A stretch of 64,000 nucleotides of DNA from Anaerolineales bacterium (GCA_019637805.1 JAHBVB010000001.1:73875-137874); one strand, 5' to 3'; positions 18,693-28,404 are shown, counted from the stretch's first letter. The notes: generated by a model from the sequence alone, not told the origin. Program-made: numbers and translations.

Positions 18693-19168
18693 GTCATTCC
18701 GAGTGAGGGCCGCAGGCCCGACGAGGAATTCCTGATAAAGCTATAAACAGCTCGAGCTTGCGGGTAGGCAATCAATCCATAAACCAAGCTTCGCTCAAGT
18801 CTTCCCATTTAGGGTTAGCCGAAACGATTAACTTGCGCTTTTTCTCCCTGCGCCAACTCTTGATTTGCTTCTCGCGCAGAATGGCATCTTCCACGTAGGC
18901 AAATTCTTCGTAATACACCAGCCTGTATGTTTTTTCGCGGCGCGAGAATCCGGGCAATACTCCGCGTTTATGTTCCTCAACCCGGCGAAAAATGTCATTG
19001 GTCACGCCAACATAAGTGATGCCTGCTTTGTTGGACATGATGTACACGAAGAATGTACGCATCACGAGAAAGATTATAGGACTGGCAGTGCTTTATCCCC
19101 TAAGCTGTCTGTAGAACAATCCCAGCAGGAATTCCTCCTCGGGCCTAAAGGCCCTCGTTCGGAATGAC
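18693..19168. mobile_element. 476-bp unit: GIY-YIG gene bracketed by about 42-bp imperfect terminal inverted repeats
   Basis: Left arm is GTCATTCCGAGTGAGGGCCGCAGGCCCGACGAGGAATTCCTG (18693-18734). The reverse complement of the right arm (19126-19168) is GTCATTCCGAACGAGGGCCTTTAGGCCCGAGGAGGAATTCCTG. The interior is visibly AT-richer than the flanks. Confidence 0.55.
18772..19065 (-). CDS. GIY-YIG nuclease family protein (COG2827/YhbQ-like)
   Basis: FFVYIMSNKAGITYVGVTNDIFRRVEEHKRG...REKQIKSWRREKKRKLI. Confidence 0.85.
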   Translation of the reverse strand: MMRTFFVYIMSNKAGITYVGVTNDIFRRVEEHKRGVLPGFSRREKTYRLVYYEEFAYVEDAILREKQIKSWRREKKRKLIVSANPKWEDLSEAWFMD

Positions 19169-19206
19169 AACAGGTAGGTAAGACGGCATAAAATGCAGGT
19201 CAATCC

Positions 19207-20184
19207 CTAATCACTGCCTGGCCCTGAATACCAATCCAGCACGCGCAGGGCGCGCAGCGTGTTCCAGCGACTGGGTTGGCCCTCACTCTCGCCCAAGTCC
19301 ACCGGCATTGTGCCGGGATATTGGTTCTCCAGCAGCCAGCGACCTTCGGCGTCACGCTTGGACTCGACGAGTTCAATCGCCTCCGCCAGGCGTTCATCGG
19401 GCGCGATGCCAGCTTTGCGCAAGTACTCCAACCCGCGCAGCACGTCGTAGTGCCACCAGTTGGGGAAGGAGAAGCGCGCCCAATCGGGGTCGATCACCTC
19501 GCCGCTGCTCTTGCGGCGAAACAGGCCGCGCTCCAGCAGGTATTCTTGTCCGCGCAGGCGGGCCGCGGTCACCTCTGGGCTGGCGCCATGGACCAGTTCG
19601 TATTCCAGCAAAGCTTCCAGCACACAGATGGTGGTATTGAATGAAGAGCGCGTGGAGCCGTTCTCTGCTTCGCAGTTCCAGCCGCCGTCGGCCAGCTGCT
19701 CTTTGAGCAGGCGTTCGAGGATGCGCCCAATATCCTGGCCGAAGTAGGCGGCGCTGGCGGCCACCTGGCCGTTAATGCACGGCTCCACTTCGCCGGCAAA
19801 ATAGGGGTTGCCCACAAAGTCCCAGCCATTCCAGTTGCCGTCCCAATCCCAGCCGCGCCAGTGGACGCGCTCGCGCACTTGCTCCAGCGCATGCTGTGCC
19901 TGTTCGCTGGCCGGGTCGAGGCCCATGGCGTGCAGCAGGGTCAGCACATGCATGGTGGAATTCCAGCCCTGGTTCCAGGCCTCGCCGGCCCAAGCCCCGT
20001 CCTCACCTTGCAGGGCCAACAGCTGCGCGCCGAAGCCCTCGCCGGCTACCCGGGCGCGCTCGGCAGCCACCTGCTCTGCCGGCGCACCGACCAGGTCTTG
20101 CATCACCTGCCAACGCAGCGAGGGGTCGGAATCCAGCAGCCATTCGAGAACGGTGCTGCTGGGCTTTGTGGGTTTGAGCGTCAT
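19207..20184 (-). CDS. prenyltransferase/squalene-cyclase-repeat (alpha/alpha toroid) protein, function unknown
   Basis: QW-like repeats (LQGEDGAWAGE, QLADGGWNCE, KRDAEGRWLLE). I placed the start at ATG 20184, which follows GGAGG. Confidence 0.5.
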   Translation of the reverse strand: MTLKPTKPSSTVLEWLLDSDPSLRWQVMQDLVGAPAEQVAAERARVAGEGFGAQLLALQGEDGAWAGEAWNQGWNSTMHVLTLLHAMGLDPASEQAQHALEQVRERVHWRGWDWDGNWNGWDFVGNPYFAGEVEPCINGQVAASAAYFGQDIGRILERLLKEQLADGGWNCEAENGSTRSSFNTTICVLEALLEYELVHGASPEVTAARLRGQEYLLERGLFRRKSSGEVIDPDWARFSFPNWWHYDVLRGLEYLRKAGIAPDERLAEAIELVESKRDAEGRWLLENQYPGTMPVDLGESEGQPSRWNTLRALRVLDWYSGPGSD

Positions 20185-20209
20185 TGGATGCCTCCGTCTC
20201 AGATGAGCA

Positions 20210-21703
20210 TCAGCCAACCGCCCTCTCGCCCTCGGCGTTCAGCGCGGCAATGCGGGCGGCCAGGTCTGCGGTCAGCAGGTCGCCGTCCAGCCGCCAGGCC
20301 CAGTTGCCCAACGAGGTACCGGGAAGGTTGAAGCGGGCTTCAGTGCCAAATTCCAGAAAATCCTGAATGGGGGCCACTGTCAAAGCAGCGGGGGAGGCCC
20401 ACAGACTGTGCAGCATATCCCAGGCAACATGGATGCCGTTGCTGTTGAGGTATTCCAGGCAAAACCTGCGTTCGCTCTCCGGCGCCTTGGCAAACCAGCC
20501 TACCACCGTGTCATTGTCGTGGGTACCTGTATAGGCGACGCAGTTGACCGGGTAGTTGTGCGGCAGGAAGATGTGGTCCATGTCGGTGTCAAAAGCGAAC
20601 TGGAAGACGCGCATCCCAGGTAAATGGAAACGATCGCGCAAGCTGGTGACGATCGGCTCGCCTTCGCCCCCCAGGTCTTCCGCGATCAAGGGCAGATTGC
20701 CCAGCCGTTCGCGCACGGTCTCAAAGAAATCGGCTCCCGGCCCGAACTCCCAGGTCCCATGCACGGCTGTGGGTTCATCGGCCGGGATGGCGTAATAGTT
20801 GGCAAAGCCGCGGAAGTGGTCCAAGCGCAGCACGTCCACCAAGCTTAATACCGCTTGCAGGCGGGCCAGCCACCAGGCATAGCCCTGCTGTTTGTGTGTC
20901 TCCCAGCGGTAGAGCGGGTTACCCCAGCGCTGGCCGGTCTCTGAAAACATGTCTGGCGGCACCCCGGCCACGCGCAGCGGCTTGCCGGCTTCATCGATCT
21001 CGAAGAGTTCACGCGCCGCCCACACATCCGCACTGTCTTCGGAGACATAAATCGGCAAATCGCCAATGATGCCGATGCCCAGTTCGCCAGCGCGGGCGCG
21101 CAGTGCGCTCCACTGGCGGAAGAAGAGGAACTGCTCAAAGGCGTAGAACGAAATTGTGGCGGCATGGATCTGGCGGGCCTCCGCCAGGGCTTCAGGCCGG
21201 CGGTCTCGCACCCCAGCCGGCCAGGCAGACCAGGGCAACTCAGCCTCCTGGTCTTTGAGCGCCATGAACAAGGTGTAGTTATCCAACCAGCCAGACTGTT
21301 CCTGACGGAAGGCATCAAAATCCGCTTGCAGCTGCGCGTGGTCCTTCAAACGCAAGTAGGCAACCTGGAACAAACTGCGCTTCCAGTAATGCACCAACTG
21401 GTAATTGACCCGCTCGCCGGAGAAACTGGGCGCACTTTGCCAATGGGCCTCATCCAGCAGGCCATCTTGCACCAGCAGTTCTGGGCTGATCAGGTCGGGG
21501 TTACCGGCAAAAGAAGAATAGGACGCATAAGGCGAATCGCCGTAACCGGTAGGCCCCAGCGGCAGCACCTGCCACCAACGCGTGCGCGTGGCAGCCACAA
21601 AGTCCAGCCAGGCCTGCGCGCCGGGGCCAAGGTCGCCAATGCCAAAACGGCCCGGCAAGGCGGACACGGGCAGCAAGATGCCGGATTCACGAGTGAACAA
21701 CAT
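20210..21703 (-). CDS. malQ: 4-alpha-glucanotransferase (amylomaltase, GH77)
   Basis: GILLPVSALPGRFGIGDLGPGAQAWLDFV...WQVLPLGPTGYGDSPY...YTGTHDNDT. Confidence 0.9.
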   Translation of the reverse strand: MLFTRESGILLPVSALPGRFGIGDLGPGAQAWLDFVAATRTRWWQVLPLGPTGYGDSPYASYSSFAGNPDLISPELLVQDGLLDEAHWQSAPSFSGERVNYQLVHYWKRSLFQVAYLRLKDHAQLQADFDAFRQEQSGWLDNYTLFMALKDQEAELPWSAWPAGVRDRRPEALAEARQIHAATISFYAFEQFLFFRQWSALRARAGELGIGIIGDLPIYVSEDSADVWAARELFEIDEAGKPLRVAGVPPDMFSETGQRWGNPLYRWETHKQQGYAWWLARLQAVLSLVDVLRLDHFRGFANYYAIPADEPTAVHGTWEFGPGADFFETVRERLGNLPLIAEDLGGEGEPIVTSLRDRFHLPGMRVFQFAFDTDMDHIFLPHNYPVNCVAYTGTHDNDTVVGWFAKAPESERRFCLEYLNSNGIHVAWDMLHSLWASPAALTVAPIQDFLEFGTEARFNLPGTSLGNWAWRLDGDLLTADLAARIAALNAEGERAVG

Positions 21704-21745
21704 GAAGCCTGATTCTACCGTGCGTTTGCTGGCGATACCCGCCGA

Positions 21746-23095
21746 ATGGTAGACTGGATGCCAACCACTATGCAAGCCACCCCAATCCCCTCCCCCGACC
21801 TTTCACAAAAACGTATTTTTGCCCTCTGGCTGCCACTGGCGGCCAGCTGGCTGTTAATGGCCGTAGAGATGCCGTACATCAGCGCTGCATTGGCGCGCAT
21901 GAACGAAGCGGAGCGCATGATCGCCGCCTTCGGCCTGGCCGCCTCGCTGAGCATCACCATCGAAAGCCCGGTGATCTCGTTGCTGGCCACGGCGACCGCT
22001 CTGGCGCGCAGCTACCAGAATTACCTGATGCTGCGGCGTTTCACCTGGCACCTCATGATCCTGACCACGCTGCTGCAAGCGCTGCTGGCCTGGACGCCTT
22101 TGTTTGATGTGATCGTCAAAGGCTGGCTAAATGCACCGCCCAGCTTGCACCAACCGGTGCAGCTGGGCCTGCAACTGATGCTGCCCTGGAGCGCAGCGAT
22201 CGCCTGGCGGCGCTTCCGCCAGGGCATTCTGATCCGCTACGGCCACAGCAACCTGGTGGGCCGCGGCAGCATCCTGCGCTTGCTCAGTTCAGCCGGTTCG
22301 GCCACCCTGTTGGCCGTGCTGACCCCGCTGCCGGGCATCGCCGTAGGCGCCCTGGCCCTGAGCATTGGCGTCGTGCTGGAAGCGCTGTACTCCCATTGGC
22401 TCAGCGCCCCGATTGTGCGCGAACGGCTGGCGCCGGGCGCCAACCCGCGCCAGGCAGAATTAGGCTACAAAGAGCTGCTGAACTTCCACTGGCCGCTGGC
22501 GGCCAGCAACCTGCTGTATCTGTTCACCCAGCCGATCATTGCCGCGGCCCTGGCGCGCAGCCCGCACCCGGAGCTGAGCCTGGCGGCCTGGCCGGTGACC
22601 AGCGGCCTGCTGTTCATTAGCCGGGCGCCGGAAATGGCGCTGCCCGAGGTGACGATCGCCCTCAGTGATGAGGAACATCACCAGGCAGCCATGCGCCGCT
22701 TTGGCTGGCTGGTCGGCGTGGGCTGCTCTGTGTTCCTGTTCACGCTGAGCTTCACCCCGCTGGCCGAGATCTATTTCCACCAGCTGATCGGCGTCTCCAG
22801 CGAACTGGCGGCCATGGCCCGGCTGGGCGTGCAGGTGGCCTTGCTGATGCCGCTGGCGATGGCCTCTGTGGTCGTCTCGCGCGGGCTGCTGACCGCGCAG
22901 CGCCGCACGCAGCCTCAGGCGATCGCCATGGCGGTGGAGCTGGCCGCCCTGGCCGGCGTGCAGTTGGCCGGCGTGTGGCTGGGACTGCCCGGCGTGCCAG
23001 TCGCCGCCGCCGGCTTGACCATCGCTTTGTTGATCGAAGCCTTTATGCTGAACCGCGTGTTGCGCCGCACGCAGCCCAAGCAAGCGGGTTTATGA
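21746..23095 (+). CDS. polytopic membrane protein (MATE/MOP-flippase-like)
   Basis: About 12 TM helices. The start is uncertain (Met at 21746, 21758 or 21770). The family call is by architecture only. Confidence 0.4.
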   Translation: MVDWMPTTMQATPIPSPDLSQKRIFALWLPLAASWLLMAVEMPYISAALARMNEAERMIAAFGLAASLSITIESPVISLLATATALARSYQNYLMLRRFTWHLMILTTLLQALLAWTPLFDVIVKGWLNAPPSLHQPVQLGLQLMLPWSAAIAWRRFRQGILIRYGHSNLVGRGSILRLLSSAGSATLLAVLTPLPGIAVGALALSIGVVLEALYSHWLSAPIVRERLAPGANPRQAELGYKELLNFHWPLAASNLLYLFTQPIIAAALARSPHPELSLAAWPVTSGLLFISRAPEMALPEVTIALSDEEHHQAAMRRFGWLVGVGCSVFLFTLSFTPLAEIYFHQLIGVSSELAAMARLGVQVALLMPLAMASVVVSRGLLTAQRRTQPQAIAMAVELAALAGVQLAGVWLGLPGVPVAAAGLTIALLIEAFMLNRVLRRTQPKQAGL

Positions 23096-23112
23096 TTGCC
23101 TAAGGAGTAACC

Positions 23113-24084
23113 ATGCAATACACACAATTGGGACGTAGCGGTTTGGAAGTCAGCCGTCTGTGCCTGGGCACCATGAATTTTGGTCCGCACACCAAACAGA
23201 AGGACAGTTTTGCTGTAATGGACCAGGCGCTGGAGGTCGGCATCAATTTCTTTGATACCGCCAATGTGTACGGATGGAAGATGGGCGAAGGCATTACCGA
23301 AAAGATCATTGGCGAATGGTTCGCCCAAGGCGGCGGGCGGCGCGAAAAGACGGTGATTGCCTCCAAGGTGTTTGGGCGCATGGGCGAATGGCCCAACCAA
23401 CGCCGTCTTTCGGCCCTGCACATCCGGGAAGCCTGCGAAGCCAGCCTAAAGCGCCTACAGACCGACCATATCGACCTGTATCAAATGCACCACATCGACC
23501 GCACTACGCCCTGGGAGGAGATCTGGCAGGCGATGGAAGTGCTGGTGCAGCAAGGCAAGGTGATCTACGTAGGCAGCAGCAACTTCGCCGGCTGGCATAT
23601 TGCCCAGGCGCAGGAGACGGCCGCTGCCCGCCACTTCCTGGGCTTGGTGAGCGAGCAGAGTCTCTACAATTTGATGGAGCGCAGCATCGAACTGGAGGTC
23701 ATCCCGGCCAGCCAGCACTACGGCCTGGGGATCATCCCCTGGAGCCCGCTGAACCGGGGCACCCTGGGCGGCGCGCTGCAAAAGGCCAAGGCCGGCCGCC
23801 GCGCGGCGGACGACGTGGAAAAGATCGTGGCGCAGCACCGGCCACAGCTGGAAGCCTACGAGGCTTTCTGCGCCCAACGCGGCGAGTCTCCGGCGGATGT
23901 GGCCCTGGCCTGGCTGCTGCACCAGCCGGGAGTGACCGCGCCGATCATCGGCCCGCGCACGGCCGAGCAGTTCAAGGGCAATTTGCACGCGCTGGAGATC
24001 ACGCTGGACGAGGAAGCCCTGAAAGCCCTGGACCAGATCTGGCCCGGCCCGGGCGGTGCAGCCCCGGAGGCCTACGCCTGGTAG
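23113..24084 (+). CDS. aldo/keto reductase
   Basis: MQYTQLGRSGLEVSRLCLGTMNFG ... IDLYQMHHID ... IIPWSPL. Confidence 0.9.
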   Translation: MQYTQLGRSGLEVSRLCLGTMNFGPHTKQKDSFAVMDQALEVGINFFDTANVYGWKMGEGITEKIIGEWFAQGGGRREKTVIASKVFGRMGEWPNQRRLSALHIREACEASLKRLQTDHIDLYQMHHIDRTTPWEEIWQAMEVLVQQGKVIYVGSSNFAGWHIAQAQETAAARHFLGLVSEQSLYNLMERSIELEVIPASQHYGLGIIPWSPLNRGTLGGALQKAKAGRRAADDVEKIVAQHRPQLEAYEAFCAQRGESPADVALAWLLHQPGVTAPIIGPRTAEQFKGNLHALEITLDEEALKALDQIWPGPGGAAPEAYAW

Positions 24085-24109
24085 GCTTGTAACCACACAG
24101 AGGTTGAGT

Positions 24110-25294
24110 ATGACGAACTTGATTCAGGAAAAGGTGCAGCAGGCGGTGGCTGTGCTGCAGGAGCAAAACATTGACCTGTGGATCACCTTCGTGCGCGAGA
24201 CACGCGCCGGCGGCGACCCGATGCTGCCGCTGCTGTTTGGCACTGACCTGACCTGGCCAAGCGCCCTGCTGATCAGCAAGAACGGCGAGCGCATTGCCAT
24301 CGTCGGCCATTACGAAGCCGACACAGCCCAGAATACCCAAGCCTTCAGCCAAGTGATCGACTATCACACCTCCGTGCGTGAGGTGTTGAGGGACAGCGTG
24401 GCACGGCTGGACCCACAGACCATTGCGGTCAACACCTCCAGGAACGACACCTTTGCGGATGGCCTGACCCACGGCATGTACCAGCTGCTGCGCGAATACC
24501 TGGGGGAGCCCTATGCTGAACGGCTGACCAGCGCCGAAGCGATCGTGTCGGCGGTGCGCGGCCGCAAGACCGCCGAGGAACTGCGCCGGATCAGGAAAGC
24601 CGTGCGCAGCGCCGAGGAGATCTACGCCGAAACCTTCGATTTTGTGCAGGTGGGCCAGACCGAGCGTGAAATTGCCGCCTATATGCAGGGCCAGACCCAG
24701 GCGCGCGGCCTTGAGTTGGCCTGGGAGGCGCTGGCCTGCCCGGCGGTCAATTCCGGGCCAGACAGCCCGGTGGGCCACGCCGCGCCGACGGATATCCGCG
24801 TCGAACCCGGCCACATTCTGCACTTTGACTTTGGCGTGATGGAAGAGGAGTACTGTTCCGACATTCAGCGGGTGATGTACCTGCTACGGCCCGGCGAAAG
24901 CCAGGCGCCCGAGCCGGTGCAGCGCGGCTTCGAAACGATCATGAAGTCCGTGCAAGCGGCGATGAAGGCCATCAAGCCCGGCGCGCTGGGCCACCAGGTG
25001 GACGCCGCCGCCCGCCAAGCCGTGACGGACGCCGGCTACCCCGAATACATGTACGGCACCGGCCACCATATGGGTCGCAGCGTGCACGACGGGGCAGGCA
25101 TGCTGGGCCCGCTGTGGGAGAAGTATGGCGAGATGCCCAACGTCCCGTTGGAGGTTGGGCATGTGTACACGATCGAACCAGGTCTGGCGGTGGAAGGCTA
25201 CGGCTACATCGGCATCGAAGAAGACATCGTGGTAACGCAGACCGGCGCCGAGTTCCTCAGCACCCCGCAAACCGAGTTGATCCTGAAGAGATAA
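24110..25294 (+). CDS. M24-family metallopeptidase (Xaa-Pro dipeptidase-like)
   Basis: HFDFGVMEEEYCSDIQR, GHHMGRSVHD, YTIEPG and IGIEEDIVVT metal-ligand blocks. ATG 24110 is in frame with track ORF 24056. Confidence 0.8.
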   Translation: MTNLIQEKVQQAVAVLQEQNIDLWITFVRETRAGGDPMLPLLFGTDLTWPSALLISKNGERIAIVGHYEADTAQNTQAFSQVIDYHTSVREVLRDSVARLDPQTIAVNTSRNDTFADGLTHGMYQLLREYLGEPYAERLTSAEAIVSAVRGRKTAEELRRIRKAVRSAEEIYAETFDFVQVGQTEREIAAYMQGQTQARGLELAWEALACPAVNSGPDSPVGHAAPTDIRVEPGHILHFDFGVMEEEYCSDIQRVMYLLRPGESQAPEPVQRGFETIMKSVQAAMKAIKPGALGHQVDAAARQAVTDAGYPEYMYGTGHHMGRSVHDGAGMLGPLWEKYGEMPNVPLEVGHVYTIEPGLAVEGYGYIGIEEDIVVTQTGAEFLSTPQTELILKR

Positions 25295-25297
25295 GCC

Positions 25298-25768
25298 ATG
25301 CCAATCGAAAGCCTGCCCACGAAAAAGCGCATCGCCCTGGTGGCTCACGACGGCTGCAAGGAAGACCTGGTGGAATGGGCGACCCACAACCGCGAAGAAC
25401 TTGCCAAACACAAGCTGTATGGCACCGGCGGCACCGGCACGCTGATCGCTGCGGAGACCGGCCTGAAAGTGCGCCGCTTCCTGAGCGGCCCACTGGGCGG
25501 CGACCAGCAGATCGGGGCGGCGATCGCCACCAACGATATTGACATCCTGATCTTCTTTTGGGACCCGCTGCAGCCGCAGCCGCACGACCCCGACGTGAAG
25601 GCCCTGCTGCGCCTGGCCGTGCTGCACAACATCCCGACGGCCTCCAACCGGGCCACGGCAGACTTTTTGATCACCTCCGACCTGATGCGTGCCGAATACG
25701 AGCGCAGGATTCCGGATTTCCTGCGCCGCCTGCAGGAAGAACGCGAGGAGCTGGAAGACGATGACTGA
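25298..25768 (+). CDS. mgsA: methylglyoxal synthase
   Basis: KRIALVAHDGCKEDLVEW...LYGTGGTGTLI...GPLGGDQQIGA...IFFWDPL. Confidence 0.9.
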   Translation: MPIESLPTKKRIALVAHDGCKEDLVEWATHNREELAKHKLYGTGGTGTLIAAETGLKVRRFLSGPLGGDQQIGAAIATNDIDILIFFWDPLQPQPHDPDVKALLRLAVLHNIPTASNRATADFLITSDLMRAEYERRIPDFLRRLQEEREELEDDD

Positions 25769-26753
25769 GAACCACACCCTAACCTCGATCGACGGCATCC
25801 GCGTCGGTCACGCCCAAGACGATGCCGCGGTGACCGGCTGCACAGTGGTGCTGTGCGAAAAGGGCGCCGTAGCGGGCGTGGACCAGCGCGGCGGCGGGCC
25901 TGGCACGCGGGAAACCGACGCGCTGCGCCCAATGCACCTGGTGGACAAGGCCCACGCCATTATGCTGGCGGGCGGCTCCGCCTTTGGCCTGGACGCCGCC
26001 AGCGGCGCGATGCGCTATCTAGAGGAGAAGAAGGCCGGCTTCAACGTGGGCGTGGCGCGCGTGCCGATCGTGCCGGCGGCGATCTTGTTCGACCTGGGCA
26101 TCGGCTCCGCCAAGCGCCGGCCGGACGCCGAGATGGGCTACCAGGCCTGCCTGAACGCCAGCCGTGAGCCGGTGGCGGAAGGCAGCCTGGGGGCCGGCAC
26201 CGGCTGCACAGTGGGCAAGATCTTGGGCATCGGCCAGGCGGTCAAAGGCGGCATCGGCTCCGCCGCCATGGATATTGGCGGCGGCGTGAGGGTCGCCGCG
26301 CTGATAGCGGTCAACCCCTTTGGCGATGTGGTCGATCCGCATACGGGCGAGATCGTGGCCGGGGCGCGCAGCCTGCGCAAAGGGCCGATCAAGATCGGCA
26401 AGGGCCGCTTCGCCGACACGCTGGAGGTGATGAAAAGCCAGGTGGGCCGCACCGTGTTTGGCGCGGCACAGCGCGAAAACACGATCATCGGCGTGGTGGC
26501 GACCAACGCCCAGCTGGACAAGAGCGGCGCCAACAAAATGGCGGCCATGGCCATGAACGGCTTGGCGCGCAGCACGCGGCCGGCCAACACCATGCTGGAC
26601 GGCGACACGCTCTTCACCCTGGCAACTGGCCGGCGCAAAGCCGATGTGAACATCGTGGGGGCCTTCGCCGCCGAAGTGGTGGCGCAGGCGGTCATACGGG
26701 CCGTGCAAACGGCTTGGGGCCTGGGCGGCGTACCCGCCTTACAAGACCTGTAG
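25761..26753 (+). CDS. P1/S58-family peptidase (DmpA/BapA-like aminopeptidase)
   Basis: IDGIRVGHAQDDAAVTGCTVVL...GGGPGTRETDALRP...LAGGSAFGLDAASG. ATG 25761 overlaps the mgsA stop. Confidence 0.75.
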   Translation: MTENHTLTSIDGIRVGHAQDDAAVTGCTVVLCEKGAVAGVDQRGGGPGTRETDALRPMHLVDKAHAIMLAGGSAFGLDAASGAMRYLEEKKAGFNVGVARVPIVPAAILFDLGIGSAKRRPDAEMGYQACLNASREPVAEGSLGAGTGCTVGKILGIGQAVKGGIGSAAMDIGGGVRVAALIAVNPFGDVVDPHTGEIVAGARSLRKGPIKIGKGRFADTLEVMKSQVGRTVFGAAQRENTIIGVVATNAQLDKSGANKMAAMAMNGLARSTRPANTMLDGDTLFTLATGRRKADVNIVGAFAAEVVAQAVIRAVQTAWGLGGVPALQDL

Positions 26754-26827
26754 CAACTTGAAAGCCTATCTCGTTTTATAATAAGGCGTCTCGCCAAATT
26801 ATCGCTTTGTAGATAGGAGATCTCATT

Positions 26828-27151
26828 ATGGCTTCAAACACCGTAAGCAGTGACGACAAGTTATGGGCCGCGCTGGCCTATGTCTTCACTCCCGTAGTCC
26901 CCATCATCATCCTGCTGTTGGAGGACAAGAAGAACCGCCCCTTCATCAAAGAACACAACATGCAAGCCCTGGTTTGGGCAGTGGCGCTTTTCGTCATCCT
27001 GTTTGTGCTGGGCATCGTGACCTTCGGGCTGATTTCCTGCCTGGCTCCGTTGGCCTGGATCCCGCAGCTCTACTGGGCTTACAAAGCCTTCCAGGGCGAA
27101 TCGGTCAACATCCCTGTGGTGACTGACTTCGTCAAGAAGCAGGGCTGGTAA
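26828..27151 (+). CDS. DUF4870-type small membrane protein
   Basis: KLWAALAYVFTPVVPIIILLLEDKKNRPFIKEHNMQAL. Confidence 0.6.
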   Translation: MASNTVSSDDKLWAALAYVFTPVVPIIILLLEDKKNRPFIKEHNMQALVWAVALFVILFVLGIVTFGLISCLAPLAWIPQLYWAYKAFQGESVNIPVVTDFVKKQGW

Positions 27152-27163
27152 ACCAAGCCTCAT

Positions 27164-27195
27164 AAAAAGACCTGCCAGTGGCAGGTCTTTTTTTG
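27164..27195 (+). terminator. intrinsic terminator
   Basis: AGACCTGCC-AGT-GGCAGGTCT followed by T7. Confidence 0.8.
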
Positions 27196-27286
27196 TGGAA
27201 AACAATCCTTTGTAACAGTAGCATTTGGAAAAGCATTTCGTTTATAGTAAGGATATTAATCCACATTTCATAAAAGGAGATTTCAT

Positions 27287-27907
27287 ATGTTGATGGATCG
27301 TATCATTGGAGCGTTTACTTTCCGGAAGGGCGTGTACGCTGAGGTTGAGAAGGATACCTCCTTCACCACCACCGCCTGGGCGATCGTGGCGGTGACTGCC
27401 CTGGTCAACCAGATCAGCAGTTTCTTTGCTGCGCAGTCCGCCAGCGCGGCCGCAGCAGACTTCCTGGCTGAGACGGACCTCGGCGCGCTGGACATGACGG
27501 TTTCGCCGTTCAATATCATCTCCGGCACGCTGGTTGCCGTGGTGGCCTTTGCCGTGGGTTGCTTCGTGGTGGCCTGGGTCGGCAAGACCATGTTCAAAGC
27601 CGACGTGACCTTTGAAGAGGTCGTGCGCACCATGGGTCTGGCCAATGTGTGGGGTCTGGTAGGCCTGCTGGGCATTCTGTTCAGCTTTGTGCCGCTGCTG
27701 CTGTGCGCCATCTCCCCGCTGCTGTTCGCTGCGTCGATCCTGAGCATCGCCGCCTCCGCCGTGGCGGTGAAGGAAGCGCTGGACCTGGAATGGGGCCAGA
27801 CCATCGTGACCATCATCGTCGCCTGGGTGGCCATCTTCATCATCAACTTCGTGGTGGGTGGCCTCTTGGGTGTCGGCAGCGCGGTACTGTCCGGTTTGGG
27901 TCTGTAA
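27287..27907 (+). CDS. Yip1-domain membrane protein
   Basis: MDRIIGAFTFRKGVYAEVEKDTSFTTTAWAIV, then 5 TM helices. Confidence 0.6.
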   Translation: MLMDRIIGAFTFRKGVYAEVEKDTSFTTTAWAIVAVTALVNQISSFFAAQSASAAAADFLAETDLGALDMTVSPFNIISGTLVAVVAFAVGCFVVAWVGKTMFKADVTFEEVVRTMGLANVWGLVGLLGILFSFVPLLLCAISPLLFAASILSIAASAVAVKEALDLEWGQTIVTIIVAWVAIFIINFVVGGLLGVGSAVLSGLGL

Positions 27908-27934
27908 ACCAAGCTCTTTTGCAAAAACAACAAT

Positions 27935-27967
27935 AAAAAAGCGGCACGCTAGCGTGCCGCTTTTTTA
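27935..27967. terminator. bidirectional intrinsic terminator
   Basis: A6-GCGGCACGC-TA-GCGTGCCGC-T6, between convergent genes. Confidence 0.8.
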
Positions 27968-27979
27968 TTGTCCGGTATT

Positions 27980-28351
27980 TTAGCCAACCTCAGCCAGCGT
28001 TTCTCTCAGCGCCTTGCCGAGCTGGGCGCGCACGGCGACTTTGTCCATGCCGGCCGCGCGGGCCTCTTTCAAGCTGGCCGGGTTGTCGTGGCGGCCAAAA
28101 GCCATCCAGGGGATGTCGCCCGTGGCCGGGTGGCCTTTGGCCGCCGGCAGCCACTCCTGCCAGGGTAGCGTGCAGGTCAGGTCGAGCACCACCAAGGCGG
28201 TCGGTGCGGCAGCCAGAGCTTCCACAAAAGCCTCGGCGCTTAAAGGGCCTTCTACCCAGTCGAAGCCGAAACCAGCCGCCTGGGCTGCATCGCCGATCTG
28301 GGGCATGAAGAAGAGATCTGTGCCGAGAGCGAGTATCCGTTTGGTTTCCAT
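27980..28351 (-). CDS. stand-alone receiver(CheY)-like protein
   Basis: KRILALGTDLFF...ALVVLDL...AFGRH...MDKVAV follows a receiver-fold pattern. The acidic pocket is incomplete. I placed the start at METK (28351). Confidence 0.4.
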   Translation of the reverse strand: METKRILALGTDLFFMPQIGDAAQAAGFGFDWVEGPLSAEAFVEALAAAPTALVVLDLTCTLPWQEWLPAAKGHPATGDIPWMAFGRHDNPASLKEARAAGMDKVAVRAQLGKALRETLAEVG

Positions 28352-28404
28352 GTGATCCTTATGGCTGTTGAAGTAGAGGGCCACTATAATACCGTTCTGG
28401 AACG

